Origin: Candidatus Woesearchaeota archaeon UBA489
Lineage (GTDB): Archaea; Nanobdellota; Nanobdellia; SCGC-AAA011-G17; UBA489
Reading direction: 5' to 3'
NCBI GenBank assembly: GCA_002505585.1
Contig: DAVM01000021.1
Coordinates: 11,660-75,659 of the forward strand
Length of the DNA: 64,000 nt
The notes under the pieces are model-generated. The model had not been told where the DNA came from, did no database searches, and was given only the letters and a program-made list of their open reading frames with translations. Positions 1 through 9,190 of the stretch are shown in pieces. The position numbers and the translations under genes were made by a program. Positions within the stretch are counted from its first letter, which is position 1. Each line of letters starts with the position of its first letter.

Positions 1-562
1 AAACAAATCAATATTTGGTCTTGACGTTGATACTGTTTGTCCACTAACACCTCTAGAAGAACCAGGAGTATGTATTTTAAAAAATAAAGGAGATTCAATA
101 AACCTTACAACATTTCCAATACAAACAGCAGGATATTATTATCTCTTAACTAAAACAGATAACATAGGACTGCCACTCAATTCTATAACTGAAACACTTA
201 CAGCAACAATAGCAGGTGAAACAGGTACACCACAAGTAAAACCTATAGCCTTACCCTATTACGATCTTACTGATCTCTATGTCTTTGCAGGAGGAACAGG
301 CTCAGATATTCTTCATTATTTTAACGCAGGAGTGAATATAATTACTTTTACCAATAATCATAACGAACCCATTACGCTAGAATGGTTTAAAGTACTAGGT
401 GACGACTCTTACGCACTAGAACATGACATAACCACACCAGACAATAGATTTGTAGGAACAGGAGAAAGAATAGTAGCAGTAGCTAACGGAAACACTTTTC
501 ATGGATTTTATAATGTGAGGTATATGATATGGCTCAAATCAACAATTTCAACTGCAACTTAA
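1..562 (+). CDS. C-terminal part of a secreted/surface protein; the 5' end lies outside the window. The ORF is open in frame 2 from the window edge, and its stop overlaps the next start as TAATG.
   Basis: No stop codons in frame 2 from nt 2 to the TAA at 560-562. G/T/N-rich extracellular-like composition. The listed 76-aa ORF 332..562 is only its last internal Met. Confidence 0.5.
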   Translation, partial: NKSIFGLDVDTVCPLTPLEEPGVCILKNKGDSINLTTFPIQTAGYYYLLTKTDNIGLPLNSITETLTATIAGETGTPQVKPIALPYYDLTDLYVFAGGTGSDILHYFNAGVNIITFTNNHNEPITLEWFKVLGDDSYALEHDITTPDNRFVGTGERIVAVANGNTFHGFYNVRYMIWLKSTISTAT

Positions 563-1584
563 TGCCAAGAAAAACCAAAGGAGTACTTCTCACTTTAGGA
601 ATCACTTTCTTAGCATTAGTAGTACTCACCTTAGCAACACTTATTCTCCGCAATGCAGAAACATCAGAAGAAAGATTAGTAGAACTAGCAGGTATAGATA
701 GACTTTATAACTTAGGAAGCTCCACAGAAAGAAGCTTAGCAGAATCACTCTATCCTTATACAGGAGTTTATTTTAACATAACAAATGACACCATTATAAT
801 AGCAAGACAAATGCATCCATGGCCAGATAATACTCTATGGAGTATAGACTGGAGATTCTTTGATTACAAACTAACACTAATGACTATCTTCCCAAATTAT
901 ATCAACTCAGTAAGTAAAGGAGTTAATAGTCTTAACAAACTAGATGCTGCATTCAATAGAATAATGCTTCTTTTTGAACCAAGCGGTTCAATGTACTGGT
1001 TAAGTACAATTCCTTTTCATGTGGAAGATTATGGTTATCCAAATTTAACAATAAATAATGAAACATTTGAAAATTCAAATGTTTATTCAACATATCAATT
1101 TTTTGTTCCTCCAGCAGTAACAGACCCTACTTATCCAACCTCTTACACTTTTTACTTCAAAAGCACTGACGCAAACCCAATTATTAATTGGAGCAGGAAA
1201 GCAACTGAAGGTAATCCAAAAGTTAATCTAAAAATAATTGTTGAAGGACTTAATGGGTATCATGACGAAGTATCTGCTCTTGTTCCTCTAAATGCAACAG
1301 GAACACTATTTCCTCATGTTATCTATCTAGATAATCTTACAGCAGAAGCGAAATTACCACCACCTTTTAATATTGAAAAAACAGAAAAAAAACCCTCTAT
1401 TAGGTTTTATGAATCAAACAAAACAAATAACCTCTTTGCAATCTTTAATTTTGATGTAGAACTCTACACAGAAGTAATAATAAAACTTAATACAACTTAT
1501 ACAGAAGCATATACTTTACAAGAAATAACCACACAATTACCAGGATTTGGTATGAAACGCACAAGATTAGCTCGTTATGCTTAA
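562..1584 (+). CDS. Putative pilin-like / surface glycoprotein with a class-III-like (prepilin-type) signal peptide, positioned upstream of the pilus assembly genes.
   Basis: N-terminus MPRKTKG followed by a ~22-aa hydrophobic stretch, which is a KG-then-hydrophobic prepilin-like motif. At least 8 N-x-S/T sequons (NITNDT, NLTINNET, NWS, NATG, NLTA, NKTNN, NTTYT). The start ATG at 562 overlaps the upstream stop as TAATG; the alternative upstream ATG at 529 is less likely. Confidence 0.5.
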   Translation: MPRKTKGVLLTLGITFLALVVLTLATLILRNAETSEERLVELAGIDRLYNLGSSTERSLAESLYPYTGVYFNITNDTIIIARQMHPWPDNTLWSIDWRFFDYKLTLMTIFPNYINSVSKGVNSLNKLDAAFNRIMLLFEPSGSMYWLSTIPFHVEDYGYPNLTINNETFENSNVYSTYQFFVPPAVTDPTYPTSYTFYFKSTDANPIINWSRKATEGNPKVNLKIIVEGLNGYHDEVSALVPLNATGTLFPHVIYLDNLTAEAKLPPPFNIEKTEKKPSIRFYESNKTNNLFAIFNFDVELYTEVIIKLNTTYTEAYTLQEITTQLPGFGMKRTRLARYA

Positions 1585-1657
1585 TCACTACGCTAAAAGT
1601 GTAACTATTGATGAAGTAAAACAAGCATTAATAAAGACTTAAAGAGGTATTCAAACT

Positions 1658-3175
1658 ATGTATATGGCAGTTATTTTCAGAGGTATTTTCTGGTTAGGCA
1701 TAATTATATCTCTACTCTCTTTATTTGTCCATATAGATGCATTCTTAGCAGTATTAATCCTAGGAACTCTTTGCATACTCTACTCACTATATGAACAACA
1801 CCGTATCAAATCCATCCAAACAATTTCAACACCACAAACAAAACCAACACTACAACCACAAAAAACAGTAGCAAAAACACTCCGTCTACCAGCAAAAACA
1901 ACACAAAAACCGCTCAAAAAAACTCATGCTTCATTTTTCACAAAAGTTCTACAATTTTTCAAAAGAAAAAAACAACCAAAACAAGAAATGATTAAACATG
2001 ACTTCATAAAACACACACCACAATTTGAAAAAATGAAAAAACTCTTCCAAGAAACAGTAACACCAAATAAACCACTTACAAAAGAAACAAAACAACCTTA
2101 TAACTTAAAACAAATAGTAGCAAAAAAATTCACAAAAACACCTAACCAAAAACAAACACAATTCTTTCCTTGGGAAAAAGAAGAACACTACATTCCAACA
2201 GGAGCAGACCACCTACAACCAATAGACCTAGAGAGAGATGAAATAGCACAACAAAAAGATGAAAGATACACAACAGTTCCAATAGGAACAATACAAAAAA
2301 CAAAAGCAACACCAACAACAGAAAGATTATTGGCAACACCAAAAATAGGACTCTTAAAAAAACTCCTCTCTTCGAAGATAACATCAACAAAACAACCCTT
2401 AATAACACCAAACTTAGGGTCAATTAAAGAAATTACTTTACCAAAAGGAGAACCAACACTACAACCAAAAGCAAAAGTAGCTCCATTACCAAAAGAAGGC
2501 ATACAACAGATAGTACACCAAAAAACAACAACAAAAGAAAAAGACTTAGAACAACTCAAAAAATACATTAGAGAATCACAAAAACAAAACTATCCAATAG
2601 AACACATCAAAGCAGCAGTAACAAAAGCAGGCTGGCCAAAAGAAATGATAACACAAGCATTTAAAGCAGAAACAATAACAACCAAAAAGAAAAAATTCAT
2701 AATCCTAGGAGTCATGTTCCTTGTTCTAATACTACTCTTAATAGTTCTAAACACAATGGACCTCTTACTCTTAGATTATCTCTTTGAAACAATACAACAC
2801 GCAAGCATGGGCTTCTACATAGGAGCTAGTGTAGTATTCTTACTCATTATAGGAATTATAATCTTTAAAACAAAAAATATTCTTCAAGAGAAAAAAACAC
2901 ATCATAAAGAAGAAGAAACAAAACATGTACAAGAAATAAAAACAGAACTAGAAGCAAGCAAAGAAGGATTTGAAACAGACTTTGACAGACTCTACAAACT
3001 CATAGAAGAAAAAAAGAAACTAACATTAAGAGAAATAGCAGCAGGCTTTGGCATAAAAAGAAGCAAAGCAGAAGAATGGGGAAAAATATTAAAAGAACAA
3101 GGACTTATAGAATTAAACTATCCAGCAGTAGGAGAACCAGAATTACAATGGAAAAAATTGATGAGTACAAAATAA
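1658..3175 (+). CDS. Lys/Thr/Gln-rich polytopic membrane protein with low-complexity K-T-P-Q repeats and a C-terminal wHTH-like segment; function unknown.
   Basis: N-terminal TM helices and a second TM cluster near aa 350-400. Long low-complexity KTKPTLQPQKT-type stretch. Lies immediately upstream of, and overlaps, the FlaI-like ATPase gene. Confidence 0.45.
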   Translation: MYMAVIFRGIFWLGIIISLLSLFVHIDAFLAVLILGTLCILYSLYEQHRIKSIQTISTPQTKPTLQPQKTVAKTLRLPAKTTQKPLKKTHASFFTKVLQFFKRKKQPKQEMIKHDFIKHTPQFEKMKKLFQETVTPNKPLTKETKQPYNLKQIVAKKFTKTPNQKQTQFFPWEKEEHYIPTGADHLQPIDLERDEIAQQKDERYTTVPIGTIQKTKATPTTERLLATPKIGLLKKLLSSKITSTKQPLITPNLGSIKEITLPKGEPTLQPKAKVAPLPKEGIQQIVHQKTTTKEKDLEQLKKYIRESQKQNYPIEHIKAAVTKAGWPKEMITQAFKAETITTKKKKFIILGVMFLVLILLLIVLNTMDLLLLDYLFETIQHASMGFYIGASVVFLLIIGIIIFKTKNILQEKKTHHKEEETKHVQEIKTELEASKEGFETDFDRLYKLIEEKKKLTLREIAAGFGIKRSKAEEWGKILKEQGLIELNYPAVGEPELQWKKLMSTK

Positions 3176-4626
3176 AAGCAGACGACTTAATCATTCCAGT
3201 AGCAATACTAGGAGGAAAAGGCATAACAAAACAGTACCACGTCTATATACCAACAATAGCACCAGGAACAAAAGCATTAATGGACTACATAAAACATGGA
3301 CTAGTATCAGAAGTAGCAATAAGCACAAAAGAAATCCTAGACCCAAAAGCAATAAACATACTCAAAGGAAAATTTACTAAAAGAGCAAAAATCTTAATAC
3401 AAGACAAACTACCAAATATTTCACAAGACACAGCAATACTCTTAATAAACATTTTAATGCAAGAAATGTTAGGACTAGGAGACATAGAATACTTATTAGC
3501 AGACGAAAATTTAGAAGAAATAGTAATAACTTCATCAAAGGAACCAATAAGAATCTACCACAAAAAACATGGATGGCTAGAAACAAACATAGCAATAGAA
3601 AACGAAGAAAAAATACTAAATTATGCAAACATCATAGGAAGAAGAGTAGGAAGACAAATCACTACACTAAGTCCACTATTAGATGCACACTTAGTAACAG
3701 GAGACAGAGCAAATGCAGTATTATTTCCCATATGTACAAAAGGACACACCATTACTATCAGAAGATTTGCGAGAGATCCTTGGACTCTAACAGACTTTAT
3801 CAAAAATAAAACAATCAACTCAAAATTATTAGCACTCATATGGCTAGCAATACAATACGAAATGAATGTATTAATAAGTGGAGGAACAGCAAGCGGAAAA
3901 ACAAGTTTCTTGAATATTTGCATGCCCTTTATCCCTAGTAATCACAGAATAGTAAGCATAGAAGATACAAGAGAATTACAACTCCCAAAATACCTCTATT
4001 GGTGCCCACTCACAGTAAGACAACCAAACCCAGAAGGAAAAGGAGAAGTAAACATGCTTGACTTACTCATTAACTCCCTACGTATGAGACCTGACAGGAT
4101 AATATTAGGAGAAATGAGAAGAAAAGACCAAGCAGCAGTACTATTCGAAGCAATGCACACAGGACACTCAGTATGTGCAACAGTACACGCAGACTCAGTA
4201 GCAGAAACCATAGAAAGACTAGTTAATCCACCCATAGAAGTACCAAAAAATCTTCTTTTAGGAGTAAATTTAAATGTAGTAATGTTTAGAGACAGAAGGA
4301 GAGGATTAAGAAGAGTGTTCCAAATAGGAGAATTCTTACCAACAATGGAAGAAGGAACAACCAATATTAAACCACACATCCTTTACAGATGGAAACCAGC
4401 AACAGACGAAATGGTAGAACACTCAACATCAGCAAGACTTTTTGAAGAATTAAGCAGACATACAGGAATGACCTTAAGCCAAATAGAAAAAGATTTGATG
4501 AAGAAAAAAGCTATACTCGATTGGATGGTTAAAAACAACATAAGACATGTTGATCAAGTAGGAGAACTCATCAAGAACTATTACTTAGATCCTGACTCAA
4601 TACTTGAGAAAGTAGGAGGGGTTTAA
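3148..4626 (+). CDS. Type II/IV secretion-system ATPase of the FlaI/TadA/VirB11 superfamily; the pilus or archaellum-type assembly ATPase.
   Basis: Walker A LISGGTASGKTSFLN, Asp box IVSIEDTRELQL, Walker B/His box RPDRIILGEMRRKD...HTGHSVCATVHA. The likely start is MEKIDEYKIK at 3148, internal to listed ORF 3076..4626. Confidence 0.85.
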   Translation: MEKIDEYKIKADDLIIPVAILGGKGITKQYHVYIPTIAPGTKALMDYIKHGLVSEVAISTKEILDPKAINILKGKFTKRAKILIQDKLPNISQDTAILLINILMQEMLGLGDIEYLLADENLEEIVITSSKEPIRIYHKKHGWLETNIAIENEEKILNYANIIGRRVGRQITTLSPLLDAHLVTGDRANAVLFPICTKGHTITIRRFARDPWTLTDFIKNKTINSKLLALIWLAIQYEMNVLISGGTASGKTSFLNICMPFIPSNHRIVSIEDTRELQLPKYLYWCPLTVRQPNPEGKGEVNMLDLLINSLRMRPDRIILGEMRRKDQAAVLFEAMHTGHSVCATVHADSVAETIERLVNPPIEVPKNLLLGVNLNVVMFRDRRRGLRRVFQIGEFLPTMEEGTTNIKPHILYRWKPATDEMVEHSTSARLFEELSRHTGMTLSQIEKDLMKKKAILDWMVKNNIRHVDQVGELIKNYYLDPDSILEKVGGV

Positions 4627-5505
4627 ATGATAAAAATACCATTTGCTTTTCTTCCACCTAAACTTCTTTATAAATATTCTAAACTTTTTTATGGAATAGC
4701 ACAAAGATTAGAAAAAAGATTCAATTTTTTAACATTACACTTAGAACAAACAGAAGCACACATCAAACCAATAGAATACATAAGTATGTGTTTAGCATCA
4801 CTCACCATATTCTTTGTTTTCATGTTATTTGTAGCTTTAATGGTAGCAACATTTGACATACCATTTCTCATAGGACTCTTAGGAGCAATACTAGTAAGTT
4901 TCTTTGTTTTTTTACAACAAATGGCCTACCCAAAACTAGTAGCCTCAAGAAGAATCAAAGGTATAGAGATAAACTTGTTACCAGCACTCCAAGACATGTA
5001 CATACAACTCAACTCAGGAGTACCACTCTTTAACATACTCATGAACATCTCAACTAGCGATTACGGAGGAGTTTCACTAGAATTTAGTAAAGCAGTGAGA
5101 GAAATAAACGCAGGAAGATCAAACCTAGAAGTGTTTGAACTTATGGCAATCAGAAACCCTAGCATACTTTTTAGAAGAGCACTCTGGCAACTTGCAAGTG
5201 GTATGAAAGAAGGATCAGACATTTCCACACTCATTCACGAAGTAATACAATCAATAGCAGACGAACAAGTCATGCAAATACAAAGATATGGTGGACAACT
5301 AAGCCCACTAGCACTCTTTTATATGCTTATAGCAGTAATTGCACCATCACTAGGCATAACCTTCATCATTATCCTATCATCATTTATAGCACTATCAGAA
5401 TTAGCAACAAAAGCAATCTTTTACGGACTCTTAATAGTAACCATATTTTTCCAACTCATGTTCTTAGGAATGATTAAAACAAGAAGACCAACATTAATGA
5501 ACTAA
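4627..5505 (+). CDS. TadC/FlaJ-like polytopic membrane protein (T2SS-F domain), first half of a split pilus platform.
   Basis: T2SSF-like segment LPALQDMYIQLNSGVPLFNILMNIS...AVREINAGRSNLEVFELMA flanked by TM helices. SD-like GGAGGG lies 8 nt upstream. Directly follows the ATPase gene. Confidence 0.75.
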   Translation: MIKIPFAFLPPKLLYKYSKLFYGIAQRLEKRFNFLTLHLEQTEAHIKPIEYISMCLASLTIFFVFMLFVALMVATFDIPFLIGLLGAILVSFFVFLQQMAYPKLVASRRIKGIEINLLPALQDMYIQLNSGVPLFNILMNISTSDYGGVSLEFSKAVREINAGRSNLEVFELMAIRNPSILFRRALWQLASGMKEGSDISTLIHEVIQSIADEQVMQIQRYGGQLSPLALFYMLIAVIAPSLGITFIIILSSFIALSELATKAIFYGLLIVTIFFQLMFLGMIKTRRPTLMN

Positions 5506-5510
5506 AAACA

Positions 5511-6485
5511 ATGTACAAATTTATCTACAAGATTTATCCAAAGAAACTTAAAGAGAACTATCAAAAACTCTTAGATTATTGTACAATAGAAACACCACTC
5601 ATTAACTTCTTAGGACTCCATTTTATAATAGGACTAGTAACAGCAATACTTTTAGCACTTTTCTTAAAAATCTTCATTAATTTTCCCACAACAATCTTAT
5701 TCATTGGCTTTTTCTTCCTCTATCAAGGAATAATTTATGCATGGCTAGTCTTAACAGCAGACTCTAGAGCAAAATTCATAGAAACACTACTACCAGACGC
5801 ACTACAATTAATGGCTTCAAACTTAAGAGCAGGACTCACCATAGACAGAGCACTCCTTCTTTCAGCAAGACCAGAATTTGGAAGATTTAAAGATGAAATT
5901 AATAGAGTAGGAAAAGAACTAGCAACAGGAAAAGAACTAGGTGAAGCTTTAATGACCTTAAGCAGCAGAGTAAAATCAGAGAAATTAAAGAAAACATTTC
6001 AAATTATAGTATCTGCAATGGCATCAGGAGGAGAACTAGCAGATTTACTAGAACAAACAGCAAGCAATTTGAGACAACAAAAATTGATAGAACAAAGAAT
6101 AAGAGCAAGCGTTCTAGTTTATGTAATATTTATTTTTTCAGCAATAGGCTTTGGATCACCAATGCTGTTTGGATTAAGCACCTTCTTAGTAGAAGTCATC
6201 ACAGATGTTTTTAGCAAAGTACAACTTCCACCCGCAAGCACAACAGGAAGCATGCCCATATCATTCTCACAAGTATCCATCTCAGTAGATTTCATTAACA
6301 CCTACACTTTAATTTCATTAGTTTTAACATCAATAATGGGATCATTAATACTAGGACTTATAGCAAAAGGAAAAGAAAAAGAAGGAATAAAATACATGCC
6401 AATACTTATACTCTTAACTATATCACTCTTTTTTATAGTAAAATGGTTAATATCATCACTCTTAGGAGGATTATTTGACTTTTAA
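5511..6485 (+). CDS. TadC/FlaJ-like polytopic membrane protein (T2SS-F domain), second half of a split platform.
   Basis: Segment LPDALQLMASNLRAGLTIDRALLL...KELATGKELGEALMTLSSR flanked by TM helices. The two T2SSF domains are on separate genes. Confidence 0.75.
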   Translation: MYKFIYKIYPKKLKENYQKLLDYCTIETPLINFLGLHFIIGLVTAILLALFLKIFINFPTTILFIGFFFLYQGIIYAWLVLTADSRAKFIETLLPDALQLMASNLRAGLTIDRALLLSARPEFGRFKDEINRVGKELATGKELGEALMTLSSRVKSEKLKKTFQIIVSAMASGGELADLLEQTASNLRQQKLIEQRIRASVLVYVIFIFSAIGFGSPMLFGLSTFLVEVITDVFSKVQLPPASTTGSMPISFSQVSISVDFINTYTLISLVLTSIMGSLILGLIAKGKEKEGIKYMPILILLTISLFFIVKWLISSLLGGLFDF

Positions 6486-7130
6486 TCACTTCCTATAATT
6501 ACGTAATAATTTTCCTTTCTTCTTATTTAAAGAACTCTTCTTTTTCATAACTTTCTTAATCTTCTCAGACTGAGCAGAAAAACCAAACTCTTTCCCTATA
6601 GTATACACCTTATAAGAAGCCAATACAAAAGTAGTATACACAAAAATCATAATAATATAACGGACATATACTAACATTCCTTTTAATCCTAAAAGATTAA
6701 TTGCAGCATCCCAAATCGAAAAAATAAGCACAAAAAGTAAACAAAAAAAGAAACTAGTAGCATACTTCCTCATAGAAGAACCAGGAGACAAAACACTTCT
6801 AGCATTAAGAGTCCAAATAATAGCCCAAACACCAAAAGTTAAAGAAACTAAAGCACTAATTAATTCAATATCTTGCACATACTTAAACAAAGCCCCTAAA
6901 CCAACTAAAATAGCAATAACACTGATTAACTGCTTAAAAAAATGCTTTAAATCATCTTTATGCATAAAGAAAAATAAACAAAGAACTGCAACAATGAGTA
7001 CACCAATAAGAACATTTACTACACTCGAAGAAAAATAAAATTTTACAATAGTCTTACCAACCAACAACAAAACAACAACTAATAACAAACTAAAACACCA
7101 CACACCCAATTTACGATTAGTTTCTTTCAT
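6486..7130 (-). CDS. Polytopic membrane protein with a Lys-rich cytoplasmic tail; unknown function.
   Basis: Five to six predicted TM helices. Coding strand follows the host A-rich bias. Convergent with the pilus genes. Confidence 0.5.
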   Translation of the reverse strand: MKETNRKLGVWCFSLLLVVVLLLVGKTIVKFYFSSSVVNVLIGVLIVAVLCLFFFMHKDDLKHFFKQLISVIAILVGLGALFKYVQDIELISALVSLTFGVWAIIWTLNARSVLSPGSSMRKYATSFFFCLLFVLIFSIWDAAINLLGLKGMLVYVRYIIMIFVYTTFVLASYKVYTIGKEFGFSAQSEKIKKVMKKKSSLNKKKGKLLRNYRK

Positions 7131-7132
7131 TT

Positions 7133-7693
7133 TTATAACTCCAATAAGATATCACAAAACTGACTTAATTCATCCAATAACTCTTTATTTGAATCCTTCT
7201 CAAGAGAAACAATAATTCCCTTCACATTCCAAACACGCATCTTTCCAGATAAAAAATGAATAAACTTAGCAACAGTAGTAGGTTTATTATACACCAACAA
7301 AGTATCTAAACTATCAAAAAAAAGAAACTTTTTATCACCAGGAACAGCACGAACAGCCTGATCCATAGCAAGAGAAATATCGCTCAAATTATCAGGACTA
7401 CCAATAAACAAACACTTCTCAGTTTTTTTAACATCACCACCAGAAGTCTTAGTAACAGCATCAATAAAAATAATCATATCAGTATTAATACCTTTCTTCA
7501 CAAGAAAAGGTTGCATCACAGAAAAAGGCTTGTTTAAAGTAACATACACACCAGGAACCTCATCATCAACAGTCAGATACTTAATCATTTCAAGATTACT
7601 ATCTTGATATTTACTAGCAGTAACTTTAGCTAAAGCAACATAATTCTCGTTACCATTAAGAGACTCTTTTATTTTATTCCTAACCTCTTCCAT
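7133..7693 (-). CDS. Degenerate KaiC/RecA-like domain protein lacking a Walker A motif (DUF835-like).
   Basis: RecA-fold-like strand/helix pattern (MIIFIDAVTK, FLFFDSLDTLLVYN) but no GxxGxGKT. Divergent from the KaiC-like pair and shares an intergenic region containing two opposed TATA boxes. Confidence 0.5.
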   Translation of the reverse strand: MEEVRNKIKESLNGNENYVALAKVTASKYQDSNLEMIKYLTVDDEVPGVYVTLNKPFSVMQPFLVKKGINTDMIIFIDAVTKTSGGDVKKTEKCLFIGSPDNLSDISLAMDQAVRAVPGDKKFLFFDSLDTLLVYNKPTTVAKFIHFLSGKMRVWNVKGIIVSLEKDSNKELLDELSQFCDILLEL

Positions 7694-7750
7694 ACAAAAG
7701 AAAACAACTCCTTCAAACGATATAAACCTTTCGTTCCAATTGTAGAAAGA

Positions 7751-7758
7751 TATTTATA
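7751..7758 (+). promoter_or_regulatory. Archaeal TATA box for the KaiC-like operon; an opposed TATA at 7711-7721 on the minus strand serves the DUF835-like gene.
   Basis: tatttata is centred ~30 nt upstream of the ATG at 7785. cgatataaacc on the minus strand lies ~23 nt upstream of the start at 7693. Confidence 0.4.
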
Positions 7759-7784
7759 CCCCAACATCTAACTAAAAACAAGTT

Positions 7785-8486
7785 ATGGAAAAGATAAAAA
7801 CAGGTGTCCAAGGTCTAGACGAAGTATTAGAAGGAGGTATTCTTTCAACTAGCTCAGTACTCTTAGCAGGAGTACCAGGAACAGGAAAAACCCTCTTTGG
7901 CATGCAATACATCTTACAAGGAGCCTTAGAAGGACAACCAGGACTCTTTATAAGTTATGAAGAACTAGAATCTACTATAGTAAAACATGCACATAATTTT
8001 GGACTAGACTTCACAACACACATAAAAAAAGGACTCATAACAGTAGTAAACCAAGAAATAAGCGGAAAACTCATAAGCTTTAGAGCACTTCTAGACTTAA
8101 TGCAAAAAAGAAACATCAAAAGAGTTTTCTTAGACTCCATAACACTCTTTGAATATATCATCTTTGACAAAAAAGCAGACTTTAGGAAAGAAGTACTAGA
8201 ATTCACAAGAGCACTAAAAAAATTAGGCATAACACTTCTCGCAACATCAGAAAAAAAAGAAACAGACATAGATAATATAGCTTATAACCCCGAAGACTTT
8301 TTATTTGAAGGACTAATACACTTAACAAAAATAAGAAAAGGAGCATCATTCGAAAGATGTCTTTCAGTAGCAAAAATGAGAGGACAATCACATATGATGG
8401 GAATTTATCCCTTCACAATAAATGAAGAAGGAATAATTATTTACCCAAAACAAATACCTTTCTCACTAATAGAAAAAGATTCATGA
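7785..8486 (+). CDS. KaiC/RadB-like RecA-superfamily ATPase.
   Basis: Walker A LLAGVPGTGKTLFGMQYI, then GLFISYEE, and Walker B-like VFLDSI. TATA box at 7751-7758. Confidence 0.75.
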   Translation: MEKIKTGVQGLDEVLEGGILSTSSVLLAGVPGTGKTLFGMQYILQGALEGQPGLFISYEELESTIVKHAHNFGLDFTTHIKKGLITVVNQEISGKLISFRALLDLMQKRNIKRVFLDSITLFEYIIFDKKADFRKEVLEFTRALKKLGITLLATSEKKETDIDNIAYNPEDFLFEGLIHLTKIRKGASFERCLSVAKMRGQSHMMGIYPFTINEEGIIIYPKQIPFSLIEKDS

Positions 8487-9190
8487 CAACAATGGTAGAC
8501 AACACAAGAATAGCATCAGGAATACCAGGACTAGACCCACTAATAGAAGGAGGGTTTAAAACAGGAAGCATAAATTTAGTAGTAGGAACAGCAGGATCAG
8601 GAAAAACAACATTCGCAATGCAATTCTTAATAGATGGACTAGCAAAAGGAGAACCAAGCATCTTTGTAACATTTGAAGAAAAGAAAAAAAAGCTCTACGA
8701 AGACATGAAATCATTCGGATGGGACTTAATTAAATTTGAAGAACAAGGACTCTTTAAATTCTTAGAATACACACCAGAACAAATCAAAAGAGTACTAGTA
8801 GAAGGAGGAGGAACCATAGACTCTTTAATAACAGAAATGAACGTAAAAAGACTAGTAATAGACAGTATAAGCTCATTCGCACTCCTCTTCCAAGATCAAT
8901 TAACCCAAAAAGAATCATCACTAGCACTCTTCGACCTCATCAACAGCTGGGGATGTACAGCAGTACTAACATCACAAGCAGTACAAATAGGGCCAGATGA
9001 TTTAACCTCACAACTCCAATTTGAAGTAGACGCAATAATTTTATTGTATCACTTTAAGAAAAAAGGAATAAGACAAAGAGCATTAGAAGTACTCAAAATG
9101 AGAGGAACACAAACAACAGAAAAAACAGTTAGATTAATCATCAACACTAAAGGTATAAGTGTCAATGCAACAGAGATAGTTAGTCTGTAG
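8483..9190 (+). CDS. KaiC/RadB-like RecA-superfamily ATPase, tandem paralog of the previous gene.
   Basis: Walker A LVVGTAGSGKTTFAMQFL, then SIFVTFEE and LVIDSI. 4-nt ATGA overlap with the upstream gene. Confidence 0.75.
   Translation: MTTMVDNTRIASGIPGLDPLIEGGFKTGSINLVVGTAGSGKTTFAMQFLIDGLAKGEPSIFVTFEEKKKKLYEDMKSFGWDLIKFEEQGLFKFLEYTPEQIKRVLVEGGGTIDSLITEMNVKRLVIDSISSFALLFQDQLTQKESSLALFDLINSWGCTAVLTSQAVQIGPDDLTSQLQFEVDAIILLYHFKKKGIRQRALEVLKMRGTQTTEKTVRLIINTKGISVNATEIVSL

Noticed and set aside
332-562. 76-aa ORF as an independent gene.
   Set aside because: The frame is open all the way from the window edge. The ORF is the C-terminal tail of a longer partial CDS.
2142-2568. Minus-strand ORFs 2142..2423 and 2188..2568 (Leu/Phe/Val-rich), and most other short minus- or plus-strand Leu/Phe-rich ORFs in the six-frame track (e.g. 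3285..3628, 9440..9781, 14231..14452, 15104..15661, 16487..16705, 21330..21533, 36364..36588, 49212..49637, 53059..53334).
   Set aside because: They lie antisense to, or out of frame with, well-supported genes. The host coding strand is A-rich and T-poor, so the antisense strand is T-rich and translates into Leu/Phe/Val-rich ORFs that can be long but lack motifs. These are artefacts.
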